Assembly (NCBI GenBank): GCA_964464375.1
Contig: CAYXFU010000002.1
Span: 26,519 to 90,518 of the forward strand
Origin: an uncultured Hyphomicrobiales bacterium
GTDB taxonomy: Bacteria; Bacteroidota; Ignavibacteria; Kapaibacteriales; UBA2268
DNA length: 64,000 nucleotides
Direction: 5' to 3'
Positions 59,893 to 64,000 of the stretch are shown piece by piece (positions within the stretch are counted from its first letter, which is position 1; each line of letters opens with the position of its first letter). Below the pieces are notes generated by a model. It saw only the letters and a list, made by a program, of their open reading frames with translations, had not been told where the DNA came from and did no database searches. Made by a program: the position numbers and the translations under genes.

Positions 59893-59900
59893 AAACTTAT
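59893..59900 (+). promoter_or_regulatory. Bacteroidetes-type -7 promoter element TATATTTG (TAnnTTTG) upstream of etfB
   Basis: An exact match to the sigma-A -7 consensus of this bacterial group lies about 29 nt before the etfB start. GGAG RBS at 59916-59919. Confidence 0.25.
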
Positions 59901-59928
59901 AGATTTTAGAATTTTTGGAGTAACTTTA

Positions 59929-60675
59929 ATGAATATTTTAGTTTGTATTTCACGAGTACCTGATACTGCCTCGAGAGTCATTGTTGGGTCTGATGGGAAA
60001 ACTATTGACCCTCAAGGCATTAAGTATATAGTAAACCCTTATGATGAAATTGCTTTGGAAGAAGGACTTCGTCTTCGCGAGAAAAACGGTGGTACAGTTA
60101 CTGCATTAACTGTTGGTGGAGAAAGTTCGAAAGAACAATTACGTACTGCATTAGCTATGGGTGTTGATTCAGCAGTTATTATCAAAACTGATTCGAGTTT
60201 TGATTCCTTTTTTGTTGCTAATAATATCTCAGAATATGCAAAATCAATTAATCCTGATATCATTTTATTAGGGAAACAGAGTGTCGATTTCGATTCTTTG
60301 CAGGTACCATCAATACTTGGAGAGTTATTGGGATTTCCTTCTGTATCTGTTGTAACAAAACTGACAATTGAAGGTAATACTGTTAATGCTGAACGGGAAA
60401 TCGAAGGAGGTAAAGAGGTTGTTGAAACTTCATTGCCATGTATTATTAGTGCTCAAAAAGGTCTAAATGATCCAAGGTATCCTAAATTACCGGATATTAT
60501 GAAAGCTAAATCTAAACCAATTGAAGAAAAGGATGCTGTTAACTCAGATGAAAGAGTTACAGTAATGGGGATTGAAATTCCATTGAAGAAAAGAACTGGA
60601 ATTATTCTGGGTGGTGAAGATAAGGATATCGATGAAGTTGTTCGTCTGCTTCACGAAGAATCCAAAGTTATTTAA
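59929..60675 (+). CDS. etfB: Electron transfer flavoprotein beta subunit
   Basis: MNILVCISRVPDTASRV...NPYDEIALEEGLRLRE matches the EtfB N-terminus. 248 aa. Followed by etfA. Confidence 0.9.
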   Translation: MNILVCISRVPDTASRVIVGSDGKTIDPQGIKYIVNPYDEIALEEGLRLREKNGGTVTALTVGGESSKEQLRTALAMGVDSAVIIKTDSSFDSFFVANNISEYAKSINPDIILLGKQSVDFDSLQVPSILGELLGFPSVSVVTKLTIEGNTVNAEREIEGGKEVVETSLPCIISAQKGLNDPRYPKLPDIMKAKSKPIEEKDAVNSDERVTVMGIEIPLKKRTGIILGGEDKDIDEVVRLLHEESKVI

Positions 60676-60707
60676 TTATTATTTGACAACAAGAAAGTGA
60701 AATCAAT

Positions 60708-61664
60708 ATGAATAAAATATTAGTATATCTAGAAGGAAATAAATCAGAATTGAAGCGTACTTCCTACGAGGTTGTCTCTGCTGCCCGAACTTTTGATATT
60801 CCTGTAATTGGTTTAGTTGTAAACCTAACTGAGTCTCAGGTTCAGATTGCAGCAGAATATGGATTGAAAGAATGTATCATTGCTAACTCTCCAACTTTGA
60901 ATAATTATTCCTCAACAGCTTATGCCTCTATTATTGCCGAAACAGCCAAATCAAATGGTTGCGACGTTATTATATTCGCTGGTAATGCCGCGGGTTTGGA
61001 GTTAGCACCAAGAGTATCGGCAAAACTTGATGCCGGCTATATTTCAGATTGTGTAAAGCTTGAATTAGCCGATGGCAATTTCTTAGCAAAAAAACCCGTT
61101 TACGGTGGAAAAGCTCAGATCACAGCAAAAATTAATACAGCAAATAAAGTTTTTTCTCTAAGACCAAATGTCTTCACAGCAACCAAAGAACCAGCTATCT
61201 TAAATATTAATACTATGACCTCATCAATTGGTGAAGCAGAAGCAACTTCTAAAGTTGTGAATCTTGCCAAGAATGAAGGAAAACTTGATGTTCTTGAGGC
61301 TGATGTCGTTGTGTCTGGAGGTCGTGGATTAAAAGGACCTGAAAATTATAATCTTATTGAAAATCTCGCAGCCGTATTTGGCGGAGCTGTCGGTGCTTCT
61401 CGTGCAGTTGTTGATTCAGGCTGGCGTCCTCATAGCGAACAAGTTGGGCAAACAGGTAAAACAGTTTCTCCAACACTGTATATAGCTGCCGGGATATCAG
61501 GAGCAGTTCAGCACATGGCTGGTATGTCCACTTCTAAAGTAATTCTAGCTATCAATAAAGATAAGGATGCACCAATATTTAAAGTTTGTGATTATGGTAT
61601 CGTTGGTGATCTTTTTGAAGTGTTGCCTAAACTTACTGAGAAAATAAAAGCTATCAAAGGTTAA
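60708..61664 (+). CDS. etfA: Electron transfer flavoprotein alpha subunit
   Basis: FAD-binding C-terminal motif VVSGGRGL...PTLYIAAGISGAVQHMAGM. 318 aa. Confidence 0.9.
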   Translation: MNKILVYLEGNKSELKRTSYEVVSAARTFDIPVIGLVVNLTESQVQIAAEYGLKECIIANSPTLNNYSSTAYASIIAETAKSNGCDVIIFAGNAAGLELAPRVSAKLDAGYISDCVKLELADGNFLAKKPVYGGKAQITAKINTANKVFSLRPNVFTATKEPAILNINTMTSSIGEAEATSKVVNLAKNEGKLDVLEADVVVSGGRGLKGPENYNLIENLAAVFGGAVGASRAVVDSGWRPHSEQVGQTGKTVSPTLYIAAGISGAVQHMAGMSTSKVILAINKDKDAPIFKVCDYGIVGDLFEVLPKLTEKIKAIKG

Positions 61665-61679
61665 GATTAATCTCTCCAC

Positions 61680-61719
61680 ATCCCAATTTGTTATAGCTAG
61701 CAAATTGGGATTTTTTTTA
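61680..61719 (+). terminator. Rho-independent terminator of etfBA
   Basis: ATCCCAATTTG, 10-nt loop, CAAATTGGGAT, then TTTTTTTT. Confidence 0.6.
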
Positions 61720-61843
61720 TTTATGTCCGATTTATCTTTTGATATATGATTTAATATTTGTAGTTTTAGATTACTGCAATAATCGTTATGCTTATGCAGT
61801 CAATAACATAGTAAAAGAACCGAAATAGAATAGAGCAGAATAA

Positions 61844-62443
61844 ATGGAAAAAATTCAATTAGTAGTTTTAGGATTAACCGCCAGTCCGGCAAGTAACAAT
61901 GCTTATGCACTCATTTTAAAAGAATTGGAAGGTAACAAGAGACTTCCAATAATTATCGGTGCTTTTGAAGCTCAAGCCATAGCACTCGAAATGGAGGGGG
62001 TTGTTCCCCCAAGACCAATGACTCATGACCTAATCAAATCCTTGATAGAGTCATTTAATTCTTCAATTACTGAGGTTTTTATCAGTGAATTGAGAGATGG
62101 AACATATTATGCAAAATTGATTTTTGAAGATATAGGTCTTGAGCTGGATGCAAGACCTAGTGACGCAATTGCCATTGCTGTAAGATGTAATTCTCCAATT
62201 TATGTCAATGCAGAAGTCCTAGCCGAAGCAGGAATTGTTACTCAAACTGATGAAGCTGACTCTGAAGAAGTTGATGCCGACAATGATTTGAATTTTGCCC
62301 AACCTGAAAAGAAGAAGTCACATAAACCTTTAACAAAGACTGATCAGATTCAACAACAACTGGATAAAGCGATATTAGATGAAGATTATGAGAAAGCAGC
62401 AAACTTACGTGATGAATTGAAAAAACTACTTGAATCATCTTAG
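61844..62443 (+). CDS. Bifunctional nuclease family protein (DUF151/BFN) with a C-terminal UVR motif
   Basis: LVVLGL...YALILKE...PIIIGAFEAQAIALEM...RPMTHDL and ELDARPSDAIAIAVR match the BFN fold. The C-terminal DKAILDEDYEKAANLRDELKKL is a UvrB/C-like motif. Confidence 0.85.
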   Translation: MEKIQLVVLGLTASPASNNAYALILKELEGNKRLPIIIGAFEAQAIALEMEGVVPPRPMTHDLIKSLIESFNSSITEVFISELRDGTYYAKLIFEDIGLELDARPSDAIAIAVRCNSPIYVNAEVLAEAGIVTQTDEADSEEVDADNDLNFAQPEKKKSHKPLTKTDQIQQQLDKAILDEDYEKAANLRDELKKLLESS

Positions 62444-62530
62444 ATAAATCCAATAGTATTACCTAAATATTGAAATTAATTTTTTTTATAAGTTTAAATT
62501 CTTAATTTTGTAATCCTTATTTAAGGCGTT

Positions 62531-62604
62531 GCCGGAGTAGCTCAGTCGGTTAGAGCAGTGGAATCATAATCCACGTGTCGGGGGTTCAAATCCCTCCTCC
62601 GGTA
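62531..62604 (+). tRNA. tRNA with anticodon CAT: elongator Met, or Ile2 if lysidinylated
   Basis: Manual cloverleaf: acceptor GCCGGAG/CTCCGGT with G1-U72. D-arm GCTC-AGTCGGTTA-GAGC. Anticodon stem GTGGA/TCCAC with loop ATCATAA. 5-nt variable loop. T-arm GGGGG-TTCAAAT-CCCTC. Discriminator A. CCA is not encoded. It lacks the three G-C pairs of initiator tRNA. Confidence 0.85.
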
Positions 62605-62639
62605 CAAAAAAAGGTACGAATATTTTTCGTACCTTTTTG
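62605..62639. terminator. Bidirectional Rho-independent terminator between the tRNA and the convergent cytochrome c gene
   Basis: AAAAAAA, AGGTACGA, loop, TCGTACCT, TTTTT. Confidence 0.6.
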
Positions 62640-62649
62640 TCATTTAAAA

Positions 62650-63627
62650 CTATTGCTTCGTAAATATCTCAACCTTATTTTTAACAGGTTTCACAGTTCT
62701 TAGAAATTTGTACATTGCTGTCAGATCTTCTGTTGTAAGCCCCGCGTATTGAGTCATTGGCATAATTGTATTGAATGCACCTGGATTGACTTTCAAATGC
62801 TTGGATTCTTCAGTCGCAAAATTTTTAAATTTATCAATAAAATTCTGTAATGTCCATTTACCAATACCAGTTTCTGTGTCTGGAGTAATATTTGTTGATC
62901 TGACTTTTCCTCCTTTTGGTAATCCAAATTGAAATCCTCCAGCGAATTCCATACCTTCAATCTGTTTACCTTTTACTGCAGGAGTATGGCAATCAGCACA
63001 AGCTGCAATTTTTACCAAATATTTTCCATAAGCTAATGTATCGGTTGAAGGTGGTCTTTTCATTGGTGTTGCATCTGAAGGAATCGTATTTACTATTAAA
63101 TTCATTGGGAAGGTAAGATCATGTTTTGGAAAGCTACTTTTTATTGGCGAAAGGGTTCTCAGGTAAGCAATAATCGCTTTAACATCCTCTGGATCCATTG
63201 ATGCATATGCCTTATATGGCATCAAAGGGAAAAGCGATTCATTATTTTTATTTACACCACATGTGATTACCCTATAAATTTCACCATCGGTCCATGATCC
63301 AAGATTGAATGGAGTAATATTACTTGAGTAAATCGATCCCGGCAATCCAATATTTTTATCAAAGAGCTCCCCTCCTTTTCCTTCTGTACCTTGAATTATA
63401 GGTCCGGAAAATAAATCCCAATTTCTTGTTGAATGGCAATCTATGCACAATGCAACATTTTCGGCAAGATATTTTCCTCTTGCGATTATTTCTGGATTTG
63501 ACTTTACTTTCATTATTTGTGCATCCGACACTTTTGGAAATGCGGTTTTGAGATAAATGATTCCTGCAATTGCAACTAATACTATTAAAGATATCAGTAT
63601 TATTGGTATTTTTATAAATAATTTCAT
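62650..63627 (-). CDS. Membrane-anchored diheme c-type cytochrome, CcoP-like class I
   Basis: N-terminal TM anchor and two CXXCH haem-binding motifs (CIDCH, CADCH). 325 aa. Confidence 0.8.
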   Translation of the reverse strand: MKLFIKIPIILISLIVLVAIAGIIYLKTAFPKVSDAQIMKVKSNPEIIARGKYLAENVALCIDCHSTRNWDLFSGPIIQGTEGKGGELFDKNIGLPGSIYSSNITPFNLGSWTDGEIYRVITCGVNKNNESLFPLMPYKAYASMDPEDVKAIIAYLRTLSPIKSSFPKHDLTFPMNLIVNTIPSDATPMKRPPSTDTLAYGKYLVKIAACADCHTPAVKGKQIEGMEFAGGFQFGLPKGGKVRSTNITPDTETGIGKWTLQNFIDKFKNFATEESKHLKVNPGAFNTIMPMTQYAGLTTEDLTAMYKFLRTVKPVKNKVEIFTKQ

Positions 63628-64000
63628 TGTGTTACTCCCTTGTACTATAAGAAGAATTTTAAAATATTTTTAAAATTATTAAAATAAAAATAATTAAAAA
63701 AAATAGGTATTCCAAATAAATAAATTAGTTTAGGCTAGAATTCTTTTCTTCACATTACTAATATGCAATGTTGAATTTAAATATAAAAAATCCCAATTTT
63801 TAATAAAATCCTCTACCAAAAAAATACCATGTAAATAACTGATAATAAAGAACATAAAAATTATTTTCAAAAGTTGTGAGACTTTTTCTCAAAAAATGTG
63901 TTATATAATAAATGATTTGTACATTTTTTAAAATAGTTATTTATTTTAAATGATGATTTTATTAATTTCATTAATTGTTTTTTAAGATTGTATGAAACTA

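Overview
This is a 64 kb AT-rich chromosomal segment with about 45 protein genes on both strands and high coding density. Several features point to a flagellated, T9SS-bearing member of the Fibrobacteres-Chlorobi-Bacteroidetes group, with Ignavibacteria as my best guess. Several large secreted proteins end in canonical type IX secretion C-terminal sorting domains. There is a flhF-flhG-fliA flagellar regulatory trio. There is a Bacteroidetes-style TAnnTTTG -7 box together with AGGAG ribosome-binding sites. Housekeeping genes include an edge-truncated Ogg2 8-oxoguanine glycosylase, methionine gamma-lyase family, pfkA, a SAM hydroxide adenosyltransferase (DUF62), rluD-like, ogt, relA/spoT, nuoJ-nuoK, speA, etfBA, an M1 aminopeptidase, a diheme cytochrome c and one tRNA-Met(CAT). 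A dense regulatory block at 6-13.4 kb reads TonB-dependent receptor, YfiR/DUF4154-like protein and hybrid histidine kinase on the minus strand, then a divergent NarL/LuxR regulator and a stand-alone receiver upstream of a 1232-aa beta-helix T9SS cargo. It contains a perfect 7-2-7 palindrome in the divergent promoter. No CRISPR array, defence island or obvious mobile-element genes were seen. The most unusual material is non-coding. One finding is a previously unannotated modular repeat family of about 220-250 bp. It sits at 17.56-17.89 kb and as a tandem pair at 26.8-27.4 kb. Each unit has three short hairpins (two with GTA triloops), an A-run and phased direct repeats of NGATGCAA/GTGCAA. Each block lies between convergent genes and abuts the stop codon of an outer-membrane beta-barrel gene. 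A second finding is a terminator-like hairpin repeat, TCATTCCTGCG[A/C]ATGCAGGAA, present in three copies. A third is a highly structured roughly 400 bp non-coding locus at 4.4-4.85 kb that may encode a small RNA. A TonB-dependent-receptor-like gene beside the second repeat block carries an in-frame TAA and an N-terminal frame break, so it is probably a pseudogene.
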